In this document: positions 37,155 through 48,203 of the stretch, one piece after another
Layout of the letters: every line of letters starts with the position of its first letter
How positions within the stretch are numbered: position 1 is the stretch's first letter
Assembly (NCBI GenBank): GCA_965644295.1
Contig: CBFFRP010000071.1
Coordinates: forward strand, 1-64,000
Direction of reading: 5' to 3'
DNA: 64,000 nt
From: Paraphysomonas bandaiensis
Taxonomy: Eukaryota; Protista; Chrysophyceae
Notes under the pieces: model-generated
What the model saw: the letters and a program-made list of their open reading frames with translations, nothing else
The model's database searches: none
Told to the model about the DNA's origin: nothing
Position numbers and translations under genes: made by a program

Positions 37155-40100
37155 TCATTGTCTTACACAATACTGGTTAGGGCATTGTCTTGTCTTCCAC
37201 ACAGTATTGACCCTCCGTTCTTCTGTGATATTACCTTGATACACTGGATGTTCTGCTACCCGATGTCTCGTCTTAGCCATCCATTTCATTGTTTCTGCGT
37301 ATGACTTCCCTTTCATGACAACAGGTATACCCTCTGGTGTTCTCACCACAAAGGCACGATGCTCTTTCAACTCCTTCACTTCCGCTCCTCCCCATAAGCA
37401 TGAAGCCGTCATATTAGGTATCAGATCAAACTTACACTTCCATATACTCTGTATCGGATGTCCAGTCTTCAATTCTCCCAACATTTCACCATAATACTCC
37501 ACTCCGTCTATCCGCATACATAGATATACATACTTTGTCACTCGTTCCGGACATCTTCCTTGTCCTGTAGCTCCCATCACCAGGTATTGTTGATCCCTTG
37601 GATACTCATGAACTTCTAAACCCATTTCCTCTGCTAGCCCTTCATGCATGAATGCTCCTTCTGATCCACCATCCACATGAATTGCCATCGGTATTGTCTC
37701 TCCTCTTACAATCGATTCTCCACACCACCAAGTTAAAGTATCCATCCTTATCTTCTTATCATCATGTTGTGCCGGTGACGTCATCGTATGTGCCACACTG
37801 ACTTTTCTATTAGACACTTGCTGGTTTCCATCTTCTGACTTCACCGTCTCTAATCCTCTGGTTTCCTCCTCTACCCTTTCCTTGGTCGGCTCTCCTACGG
37901 TCCGCACATGATGTAAGACATTCCTCATACTCTTCACCTGCTCTTCTTTTGCATCGGCTACCATTTGTACGAATTTTCTTTTCAACACATCTCCAAGATC
38001 TTGCCATGCCTTGCTATTTTGCTTCATGACCTCAAAGATCTTCTCTAAAGTCTTCGCCTCAAACTTAGCAAATCTCCATGGCTTATATCCGTTAAACTCC
38101 GCACATTTCATATATGTCCCATCATCTTTCTTCCTATCATCTCTAAATGGACAAAAACGGTTCATATAGTGTTTAAACCCACATGTCTCACACTTAAGGA
38201 ACTTCCATGGTCGGGTACTTCTATCTAGTCCATCTATCCTTCGTTCACACTTTTCTGGAGCTGCTCTTCCCGCATACACTCCATGCGACCTTACCACCTT
38301 CTCATTCTTACTGTTCAGACTGTCTTGATCCACTATCCGAGGTACAATCTGTGCCACAGTAGACACTAAAAAGTTCCGACCATATTGCACGTTCCTCACT
38401 CCCATACACTGCTTTATTTGGATAATGCTCTCCACTTCATCTGCTACTCTTTTACCTACTCGTGGCATATCTATAGTCTTCACCTTGAACTTGTGATATA
38501 ACTCTCTCTCTGGCTCAGTTACTCCCGCTTGCGTAATTAAATATCTTAACTCCATCAGAGACTTCTCAAACGCCTGTGGTGATTCGTCGGATAACTCGAA
38601 CCTATCGAGCTCCATCATTAATACTGCAGGATCCATCTTTACCCCGAAGGCTTCTGTAAACAATATGGAGAACTGATACAGTGCATATCCCCATGCCACA
38701 ACATCCGTCTCAGGGGTATCCTCTGCTCGTCTGTTCCTATCTATGTCCATTTCGAAGTCACCTGATGCCATTCTCCATCTTACCTCTTCAGCTAACTCTC
38801 CTTTGAATACTGTTCCTCCTCTTATCTCCGCTAATATTCTCATGGGTGACATATTCGCAGTATGCGCTGCTGCATAAAGACTATCAAAGAACTGGACACA
38901 ATCCACTCTCTTCACCATTCCTGTTGAGCGTCCTAAAGCATCAAAGTCTATAGGTTGGAATCTCAGCTTTCCTGCGGTCTCCATCCTCATCCATCGAGGT
39001 ATGGGTATCTTCCCTAACAAGTCAAACACATGCTGCGCAACATTCCGAGTCCTCAGAAAACTCTGACACTTTTCCTCTAATTGCCTATCCAAACTACTCT
39101 TGTACTCCTTTCCCACCATATTACACCAGCGGCAGAATGTCTTATATCCACATGTCTCTGCTTCTTCCCGTGTCATAGTCTGTATTCCTGATAAAGGCCC
39201 TCTCATAACTCCCTTCCTATATACTCCTGCGTCGTTCTCCCAGTCATCACTATCTGTTTCATCAACTTCCTCCATTACACGCATCCTGTCTAAGGTCCTT
39301 CTATTGCTATCACACATGCTCTCTCCTTTCTGTATCCACAACATCCTTGCCTTCTCTGATAACTCCTTCCTAGCAGCTAATAGCGCCTCTTGCTGAGCCT
39401 CCACATACTGTATCCTCTCCCCTATTCGGTTTAGTTCAGTCAGCTGGCTGAGCATCTTTATACCCGTCTCCATACTACCACTCAATAGTCTTCTTCGATT
39501 CCGGAGCCAATATTCACACGCCTGACGGTGCGCTGCAGTCAACCCTTCATTCCCTACTCCTATTTCTAATTCTTTCATCAACAGTCGATGCAACTCTCTT
39601 TCACTCTGTACACTTCTACTTAATCTCCCAATCTGTCCTTTTACACTCCGTTCTCTACTAGGCTCCACCAGCCATTCAGGTACTCTCATCTGCTTTTCTA
39701 TCTCTTCACCATGACCTCTGGATAGGTCCCTAAAATTCACTTCTCTCACATAATCCTCTCTTTTACTATATCCAGGACCTCCTGATGGGCCCCTCACATC
39801 TTCTGCACTTGCATACTCATCTATTCTACTATATCTAGGACCTCCTGATGGGTCCCTCAAATCTTCATCTTTCATATAATCATCTCTTCTACTATATCTA
39901 GGACCTCCTGATGGGCCCCTCAAATCTTCATCTTTCATATAATCATCTCCAGGACCTCCTAATGGGCCCCTCACATCTTCATCTGTTGCATAATCCTTTC
40001 TTCTAATATATCCAGGACCTCCTGACGGGCCCCTCACATCATCTGCTCTTGCGTAATCATCTCTCCTTTTAATTTTCTCTTCTCTTCCTGTGCTCCTCCA

Positions 40101-40583
40101 CGAGCTCTTCATATCATCTCTACTACTCCTATCCCCCATCTCCAGGTCTCTGCCTCCAAGAATAGGATCACGCATCCATTCTATCTGCTCTGTAGACCTT
40201 CCAGACCAATTGGGTTGGGTTCCACCTTTCCTGTCATCCATACTCTGCATCCTCAGCCCGTGCTCCAATAGGTCCTTCTGTGCATGGGACCGCAGTTCCT
40301 CCTTATTCTCCTGTCTCTCCTCTCCCTCATGGTCTAGGCTGATACTCTCAATGTTTCCCTCTTCTGGCAAAAGCTCTCTCCGAGATCGTGCCGATAGTGC
40401 GCTGGGTGACGCATGGCTGAGTTGATCACTCTCAACCACTGTACCCAGCCCACGTTGTCCACCAAGTGTAACGACTACGGGTGATTGAGCCTCGCTATCA
40501 TGACTAACATTGCTGGTCTTATCATCCCTGTCCATGTGCACAGGTGATGTGGGGTAGGATAGTCTTCTCACAACACTCTTCAC
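37155..40583 (-). CDS. Gag-protease polyprotein (1142-codon ORF; first ATG near 40535)
   Basis: Zinc knuckle CETCGFKHYMNRFC and retropepsin-like IHVDGGSEGAFM..LAEEMGL. No RT (YxDD), RNase H or integrase motifs seen before the stop, which is 90 bp from the 3' LTR. Confidence 0.85.
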   Translation of the reverse strand: MKSVVRRLSYPTSPVHMDRDDKTSNVSHDSEAQSPVVVTLGGQRGLGTVVESDQLSHASPSALSARSRRELLPEEGNIESISLDHEGEERQENKEELRSHAQKDLLEHGLRMQSMDDRKGGTQPNWSGRSTEQIEWMRDPILGGRDLEMGDRSSRDDMKSSWRSTGREEKIKRRDDYARADDVRGPSGGPGYIRRKDYATDEDVRGPLGGPGDDYMKDEDLRGPSGGPRYSRRDDYMKDEDLRDPSGGPRYSRIDEYASAEDVRGPSGGPGYSKREDYVREVNFRDLSRGHGEEIEKQMRVPEWLVEPSRERSVKGQIGRLSRSVQSERELHRLLMKELEIGVGNEGLTAAHRQACEYWLRNRRRLLSGSMETGIKMLSQLTELNRIGERIQYVEAQQEALLAARKELSEKARMLWIQKGESMCDSNRRTLDRMRVMEEVDETDSDDWENDAGVYRKGVMRGPLSGIQTMTREEAETCGYKTFCRWCNMVGKEYKSSLDRQLEEKCQSFLRTRNVAQHVFDLLGKIPIPRWMRMETAGKLRFQPIDFDALGRSTGMVKRVDCVQFFDSLYAAAHTANMSPMRILAEIRGGTVFKGELAEEVRWRMASGDFEMDIDRNRRAEDTPETDVVAWGYALYQFSILFTEAFGVKMDPAVLMMELDRFELSDESPQAFEKSLMELRYLITQAGVTEPERELYHKFKVKTIDMPRVGKRVADEVESIIQIKQCMGVRNVQYGRNFLVSTVAQIVPRIVDQDSLNSKNEKVVRSHGVYAGRAAPEKCERRIDGLDRSTRPWKFLKCETCGFKHYMNRFCPFRDDRKKDDGTYMKCAEFNGYKPWRFAKFEAKTLEKIFEVMKQNSKAWQDLGDVLKRKFVQMVADAKEEQVKSMRNVLHHVRTVGEPTKERVEEETRGLETVKSEDGNQQVSNRKVSVAHTMTSPAQHDDKKIRMDTLTWWCGESIVRGETIPMAIHVDGGSEGAFMHEGLAEEMGLEVHEYPRDQQYLVMGATGQGRCPERVTKYVYLCMRIDGVEYYGEMLGELKTGHPIQSIWKCKFDLIPNMTASCLWGGAEVKELKEHRAFVVRTPEGIPVVMKGKSYAETMKWMAKTRHRVAEHPVYQGNITEERRVNTVWKTRQCPNQYCVRQ
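40449..40464 (-). promoter_or_regulatory. Primer binding site TGGTGGACAACGTGGG, probably tRNA-Ala
   Basis: Lies 2 nt inside the 5' LTR end. Complementary to ...GUCCACCA, the U70-C71-C72-A73-CCA end typical of tRNA-Ala. Confidence 0.75.
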
Positions 40584-41049
40584 TTAACTTCCTCTTCTTA
40601 CTCTTTACTTCGCTACTTCTTAACTTTCAACTCAACTACGATATCAACTTTCACTATTATATCTAAAACTCCATATCCTTCTACCTATATCCCCATAGTT
40701 AATTCTAGAAGTGATTTCCCAGCCATAAATAGCTAGTTTTCTACTTCCAGAAATAATCATATAGAAATCCCTTAACATCCTGCTATCTACTCCTATATCA
40801 TCCTACAGAATACCTACGTATACCATCATAATACTGTACGGGTTACCATGAACGTCCGTTACATCCGTATGTACGGGTAGTTCCGGTACACTCCAACCCT
40901 ATATCTGGCCTTAATACTCGTATCTTCTGATCTAATCATAACTACCATCTACATCTCATTTCATACTACAACCTACATCACTTCATCTTATTCTTCAGCC
41001 ATAACAACCTCCTAAATCACCCATACTTGTCATACCCAATTTTGCTACA
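40467..41049 (-). repeat. 5' LTR (583 bp)
   Basis: No difference seen by eye from 36482-37064. TG/CA termini. Confidence 0.95.
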
Positions 41050-41468
41050 GTACGGTATGTGAGGTTGTTGTCAATTTCTCACTGGTTTATATAGAATGCA
41101 GTATGAAACCATACCTACAAGCTAAGCTTTGATTATATTCTCATCACATTGTAGTAAGTTATAAGCTACGACAGGGATTAGATATTAACTACAAGACAAC
41201 AGGGAATGTGTAAGTACTTTGTGGTAGTTATGACTAGAGCAAAATCCTTCTTAGTATAACTTGAATAGCACCACCTCGTGGTATAGCTACAAGGCAACTC
41301 ATCATATTTCTTCGCTATAAAGCAACACTATAGTACACAAATGCGAACTAAAGTGCAGTGTTGCCCTTATCTTAATGCATTTTTCATTTATATCAGCTGC
41401 ATTCAAACTATGTACAGAAAAACTAGTACTCTACACGATGTCATAAATATAGTGGTACACACATAAAC

Positions 41469-42464
41469 TTAAAACATCCCTTCACTTGAAGACTTGTCTT
41501 GCCTTCTACGGGGCTTTGGTGGTGAATTTTTTATCTGTACAAAAAATTCTGCCTCTCCCCATGAAACTCTACACGAGTCATGTATTAACAACTCAAAATT
41601 GGGGTTCTGTACTGGATGTGTGAATGCCACCACAATGGTCCCCTCATCACAGTATTCCATCTTGTTCGATACAATTCGCGTCTGCTCGTTGTTAAGAGCG
41701 GTCCAATGAAGTAAAATGAATGTCGCTTCCACCCATTCATCAAACTTGATAAAGTCGTCACAGAACCAGTTCATTTTTAACTTTCGCATGTTTTCAGGAA
41801 ATTTTGACTTTATTTTATTCCAGTGTTTGGTCTTCCGTTCTCCCGCTTCTAATAGTGGTGTTATCATTTCAATCCCATTGCATTCAGAGAAGTCTCCAAT
41901 GAAGGCTGCAGTATAGACAAGTTGACCGACACCACAACCTAAATCGTAAAATTTACCGCTTTTCCGTACACCATATGCCTTCGAAACCTTCTCATATATG
42001 GTTGCAAACACCTCATTGTTCAATTCTCCATATGCCCACATGTCCTCACTCATTTTTTTCTCATTCCTCTCCTTTTGAGATACCCTTTTTGCTTTGGTCG
42101 CATCATGATCTTGATACAATCTAGGATAATGTTCACGCATAAGTACGATACCATCAGATGCTGCCGACGAAATGTTATCATAAGTTGCTTTTAAAACGAC
42201 TTTTAATTCCTTCAAATTAATATCTAATCGTAATGGATCAGGTTCTTCTTCCGTTGGTGGATAGTCTCGGTTGACGACCATTAATAGAGTAGCCCATCTA
42301 TTGGACTCTCCTGGTGGGACCTCCTCAACGGCATCTTGAACACGTTTTATTGCTTCAGCACTACCTAAGACTTCCTCAGCAAGAGTAAGTGGGGGTCGTC
42401 TTTCAATAACTTCTTCTTCTACTGGTTTGCTATTGCTCCTGAAGCTACTAGCGGCACCTCCCAT
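41469..42464 (-). CDS. DOT1-family (H3K79-type) SAM-dependent methyltransferase
   Basis: AYGEL...KFYDLGCGVGQLV..A....FSECNGIE, DDFIK, and C-terminal VSWG, typical of short protist DOT1-like proteins. Confidence 0.8.
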   Translation of the reverse strand: MGGAASSFRSNSKPVEEEVIERRPPLTLAEEVLGSAEAIKRVQDAVEEVPPGESNRWATLLMVVNRDYPPTEEEPDPLRLDINLKELKVVLKATYDNISSAASDGIVLMREHYPRLYQDHDATKAKRVSQKERNEKKMSEDMWAYGELNNEVFATIYEKVSKAYGVRKSGKFYDLGCGVGQLVYTAAFIGDFSECNGIEMITPLLEAGERKTKHWNKIKSKFPENMRKLKMNWFCDDFIKFDEWVEATFILLHWTALNNEQTRIVSNKMEYCDEGTIVVAFTHPVQNPNFELLIHDSCRVSWGEAEFFVQIKNSPPKPRRRQDKSSSEGMF

Positions 42465-43052
42465 ATCGGCCTCTAGTTAATCAAAATACAATCAAACAAG
42501 TAATCATTACAGTCTGATCATCATTTACAGACACTCTATAGTTGATAGATACGATTGGTTGGCAGTCTGCCTCATAACTCCGCTGTAATGGTGTATTAAC
42601 ATACAGTATATATATATATATGCTATCAGATCGTTTCGTTTAACTGTGACTTTGTATATATACAGTATACACAGTATACAGTACCGTATAGGAGAATAGA
42701 TACAGAGAGGACAGTCCGAGCATATCTCTATGGCGGTGTAGTATAAGAATACAGCTCGAAGTATGTAGTTTGTTTTTTTGTATGGGAGGTTGTGTAGGCA
42801 GGAGGGAGTTGAAGTGGAGATATATCTTTGTTCTGTTCTTGACTTCAGAATTACACGCTCTCTTCAATCCACCATATCGAGCGTATGACTGCATAAAGGT
42901 ACTTATATATGCATATATTCATGTAGAGGACTCTTATTACTACTCTGTGCCGTACTGACAGTCTCTAACGAGTGTAATCAGGTCAGTATACCCAGTGAAT
43001 ATGCTAACGTCATGACAAAACAAATATGTTCCAGTGGCCACCATAAGGCGCG

Positions 43053-43844
43053 ATGACAACACCTAAAAACTCTTTAAGTGTCGATATCAGGCAGTCTAAT
43101 ATGCCCTACCTCTCCCTAGGTGGCTTCATGCTCCACTACGTTGACCACAAGGGTGTCTGGTATTGCCACTGTGCCGACTTATTCAGTTTCCTTGCGGCAG
43201 CTCTAGGCGTCACACTGGGAAGTCAAAAAACCTGTGAAAACAAGAGAGCATATGTTAAGAAAAAGTGCAGAGAACATGGTGAATGTTTGCATGTTGCAAG
43301 GTATTATAGGGACATAACATGCAGTGAAATGTTGCCTTGCCGGCAAGTTGTTGCTGCCGACTTCATTCCGTTTAAACGAGGGCTCGACTGTTTTGCTGGA
43401 ACAACCAACAACGATAACGATTCTTCGCAAATATATGTCAATTTGCTATGCTTTAGCAAGACCGAAGATGATACAAGTTTTGGGTTTTGTTTCCAGCCAG
43501 GGGGTGTCCGAACTCCAGCACCCTCCTATGTTAGCCCGAGTGCGGGATCTGGTAATACAATGGCCAGTGAAGCTGACGGTAGAATCACCACACATATGCA
43601 CACATATATAGCGTATATATTTTATTTAGTAGCATAACCTTTGAGATTTTGTTTAATTTATATTACAGGTGGCGCGAGTACTACATATAGTGATATAGAC
43701 AGTATAGAAACCTTAATGAAGGCTGTTGACAATGAGCTAGAGGAAATATGTCAACGCTACCAGGCTGAATATGGCTCGTATGATGAAACGTCAAATGATC
43801 CCAGCCTTCGAGATGTAGCCAACCTTTTATTATTGTTTCGGTAA
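43053..43844 (+). CDS. Hypothetical protein, two exons (intron 43579-43668)
   Basis: A GT-AG intron joins the 194-aa ORF in frame to GGASTTYSD...LLLFR*. No recognised domain. Confidence 0.6.
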
Positions 43845-44866
43845 TTAAGCGTTTGAATAATCGCTTGGGGTTTTATGAGCTGTCCGAGATTGTTTCTGGT
43901 AGTTAGTTTTAATATTTATTGTGTGTATATAATGTGCTATATCATCGTATTAAACTGTAACCAACTCCATATCGGTGTAATAATGTAATACAAGCATATT
44001 GAAGTTCTCGGGAGAGGTTGTAAGGCTCTGCAGGGCATCGGAGGTAGCGTGTATGGGTGTCTGTGGCGAAACCTAGAAATAGGAGTGCGAAAAACACATA
44101 TATAGGAAATGTCAATGTTATAAAATCATTATAGACATAGTATAGAGTGTACAGAATGCTTCTATGGTGTCTGTGAAGGTGTACTCGGCTGCAGGGCGGC
44201 GCTCACAGTAAGGAATCCATATGATATGTATATTAAGGGTGTCGGCGTGTTTAAGTGTGTTCTTACTCTGTACATATTTTCATACTCTCTCTATAGAAGA
44301 TATAAGAGTTGTACACACTATGAGTATAAAGATATATAGAATCCGTATTTTTTCAGTCAACTTTTGGCCTTCGACTGCCCTTTTCTTCATACATACCAGA
44401 TTGTCTGCTTGCTCAGTAAGATGCCTAATAACGACTGGAATGACCCACTAATGATGCCACGATAAACTTCGTGCTATATTTCCTTAAAGGGCTGTTTTAT
44501 TGCTGTCTTAGGTCTATATTGTTTTCCAGTCTAGTATCACTTCCACACCATATCGAGCTCTATTATTGGGGAAAACCGTATGACTGGAGATGTATGTACA
44601 TGTATACCAGTGTACTGCTGTACACCCACTGCCTGAACATATGTGTGTATGTACAACCAGCTTTGGTACCGCAGTACATATTTGTATACAGTAGATAGGT
44701 ACCACAGTACATATATGTATATAGATACTGTAGGTACACAGAGCGCTATGTCCATGCATATATATATGTACAGCAGCACAGTCACACTACATTCCATCCG
44801 TGTAATTATTACATGCTCTGTAAATAACCCCACCACATCACCCCCTCACCGAACACCTGCCTATCC

Positions 44867-47481
44867 ATGGCCGGTCTCTTGTATTATTCATGGTCTGTAT
44901 CGTTTATTCTATTAGCCCATACGGCATGTACAGCATACGCCTCTACATGCACCCTGTACATCGCCCCATCACTAAGTAAGCTCTATTATAACCATTATAT
45001 CGATTAATTTGATTGAATTGGATCACAGTTCCTGGTGCTGGTAAAGGCATATATGCGGGAAAGCCGTTAGTCGAAGGGAGCCCTGTAGGACTGAGTCATA
45101 CGGTCATAGTGGACGACTATATCACTGAAGAACTACGACTCATGAATTATGTATTCACAACACATTATAACTTCTATGGTGCTGTATTGCTTGGACCTGC
45201 ATTAATGCTAAATCATCGTCCTGAGAGATCTAGTAACTTGGATAGGGTGTGGATACCTGGGATAGTGCCAGCTCTCTCAACCACTGCACTGCGTCCATAT
45301 ACTACCTACTCCAACATAGCTTTTCGAGTGAGACGTCCAGTTGCACCTGGAGAGGAACTCACATTTTCATATGGTGATGATGATTATTTTGAGGAGAGAA
45401 ATGTGGCCACAGATTTTTCCAATGAGAATATTGCTAGGGAACTTACATACAGCCCGGAGGAATTAAGTAGGGTTGGTCACTGCCTTACCGATGTATTTGT
45501 GAACTCGTCCACTATCCCAATGGCTGGTAAGGGAGTATTCACCACTCGACCAAGGAAGATCGGTGACCTTGTCTCTGTGTCAGCCGTGCTTGTTGTTCCG
45601 AAGCATGTGGTAGCTAGAGCTGGGAGAGGCTCTGTGCTACTGAATTATATATTTTCCAGCAATGAAACCGACATTGCTTTATTACCCACCGGGACTGCAG
45701 GTATGATTAATCATGGAGGACGTAAGGCTAACGTAGAAGTGCGTTGGTTTGACTGGGAAGGTGTCTCAACACTTGAGAAGTTGGGTTCGATGGATGTCGA
45801 GAAAGACCTAATCGGAGCGCAGTCTGCGCCATTATACTTCGGATACTACGCCACTCGCCCTATCGCGCCAGGAGAAGAATTATTACTCTCGTACGGATCG
45901 GAGTGGGAGACTGCTTGGGAAAGTTACGTTGGCGTGATGTCATCATGGTTAGAGAAGTTTGGTGACGAAGATATGCTTTCTGCTCCTCAGTTCAGACAGC
46001 CTGTTAACATACCTTCTACTATGCTTCCGCAGGAATGGATGGGAGTGAAGTGTGTAGGTTCACGAGACTGTCGTGAGCCATTTAGTGCTCGCCAAATTGG
46101 GGTTTTCAATTCCCAGTTGAATTCAGCCACTTCTCATGAGTTGAGTGTGACCTCTTTCTCCCCAAAAGTGTGTGAAAACAGATTAGATAGCGAAAGTGCA
46201 GTGGATAACCAAAATGTAGAGAGGGACTATGGAGTATGTGGTTTATATTTGGCTCCGTTGCGTAGTAACGCAGGTAGTGGTTTTGCAGGCGTCGGTGTTT
46301 TTGCTGGCTCATCGATAAAGAGTGGTAGTACTGTTGACAATTCTCAAACAGTTCTATTCCAGCACATTCATCTGGTTAAGAATCCACAGCTCCGTAGAGT
46401 TATAGCTTATGCGGTGCATAGGAACCATGCCGTAGCTACCCTCGGTGTCGGTTCCGCATTCAGATCCTCTCCACATCCAAACACAGATAAAACTTTCAAC
46501 TCAAAGGATACTCTTGTAGATGTACCGTACCCACAGACCCAGGGGCTGCGACCATACACTTTGAATACCGAAATGTTGTATTATGCTACTAAAGATATTC
46601 ATCCCGGAGAAGAGCTTACAACTTTGCAGAGTTTTGATCCCGACATTTTGAATGGTAACCCCAAGCCGTACACTCTGGAGGAATTAAGTAGGGTTGGTCA
46701 CTGCCTTACCGATGTATTTGTGAACTCGTCCACTATCCCAATGGCTGGTAAGGGAGTATTCACCACTCGACCAAGGAAGATCGGTGACCTTGTCTCTGTG
46801 TCAGCCGTGCTTGTTGTTCCTAAGCACATAATTGTTGAAGATGGCTCTGTGTTACTGAATTATATATTTTCCAGCAATGAAACCGACATTGCTTTATTAC
46901 CCACCGGGACTGCAGGTATGATTAATCATGGAGGACGTAAGGCTAACGTAGAAGTGCGTTGGTTTGACTGGGAAGGTGTCTCAACACTTGAGAAGTTGGG
47001 TTCGATGGATATCGAGAAAGACCTAATCGGAGCGCAGTCTGCGCCATTATACTTCGGATACTACGCCACTCGCCCTATCGCGCCAGGAGAAGAATTATTA
47101 CTCTCGTACGGATCGGAGTGGGAGACTGCTTGGGAAAGTTACGTTGGCGTGATGTCATCATGGCTAGAGAAGTTTGGTGACGAAGATATGCTTTCTGCTC
47201 CTCAGTTCAGACAGCATATTGACATTCCTAGTAGCATGTTCGTTCAATCTTTCCGGTCTAGAAATGTGAGGCTGTGTGCGGGACAGATGGACTGCAAAGG
47301 AATTTCGAATTTAAGTCGTCCTCCCTACAAATTGAAAGAGTTGAACAAGTTTACGAATACAAAGTTGGCGATTGATGCCATCACAACGTGGTTTACGTGG
47401 AAGGATGATGACAAGGATGTTTTTTTTCACCGGGTTTATGATTCGATTTTAAAGTTATTTAGATTTGTTGGTGTATATTAG
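44867..47481 (+). CDS. Signal-peptide-bearing protein with four tandem SET domains, about 853 aa; intron 44976-45028
   Basis: Exon 1 MAGLLYYSWSVSFILLAHTACTAYASTCTLYIAPSL splices in frame to IPGAGKGIYAG. SET motifs GxG..A, (L/I)NH and GEEL..SYG recur. Confidence 0.88.
45456..47215 (+). repeat. Near-identical intragenic direct repeat: 45456-46000 versus 46677-47215
   Basis: Read directly. One short divergent patch and a few single substitutions. Confidence 0.95.
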
Positions 47482-48203
47482 TGATATGAATCGGTAAACT
47501 AAGTAGACATTTCCATAGGTTGCCACCAATTTTAGTTGGTTGTTGGGTTTGTTTGATAGAAACAAATCTGTTATTTTCTAGTATGCAACCCACTTGATAT
47601 GCGCACACATGTTATGTATAAGGAGTCTGGTAATATTTTACTCGATTATACAGTTTTCGACACATGAAAATGTCATTGTAGAATATAGCCAGAAATATTT
47701 AATATTAATCCTGCACACTTCTATTTACTTTTCAGTCTGATGACTAAACTTACCGCTTATCATGTGTAGATCTCAAGGCTTACCAAAAAAGTACAGCGGC
47801 AATGCCATTATAATTGCAGGGAACCGGGCGCCTATTAAGGGTACATTTACGGTTACCAGTTATCAGGCCCTGACGTTTATTATAAGCAAATATATAATCG
47901 AACGACCTCATTCTTGAACTCAAATTCATGATTATTTGATGTTGAGGTTTCTTATCTACTTGACGAGGTAGATACACCATAATAGGCGTGCCAAAACTTT
48001 TCAACCAGTTTGACTAGGTTAAATAATACATCTTGTCAAATCAACACCCACTATGATGGCTTTAATTCTATAAATGGCTTATATTAACAGTTAATCGTAT
48101 TCAGCAAGACTACTACACACTTCATGTCTAATTATACATCACTTAGAGTGACATGAAGTTTGTACAAATTTCCTGTCATTCTGTTATTCTAAATCTAAAG
48201 CAA

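Larger units (their letters stand above)
36482..41049 (-). mobile_element. Non-autonomous LTR retrotransposon (Ty3/Gypsy-like), Gag and protease only
   Basis: 583-bp TG..CA direct repeats offset by 3985 bp, GTAC TSD at 36478-36481 and 41050-41053, PBS and PPT adjoining the LTRs. Confidence 0.95.
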
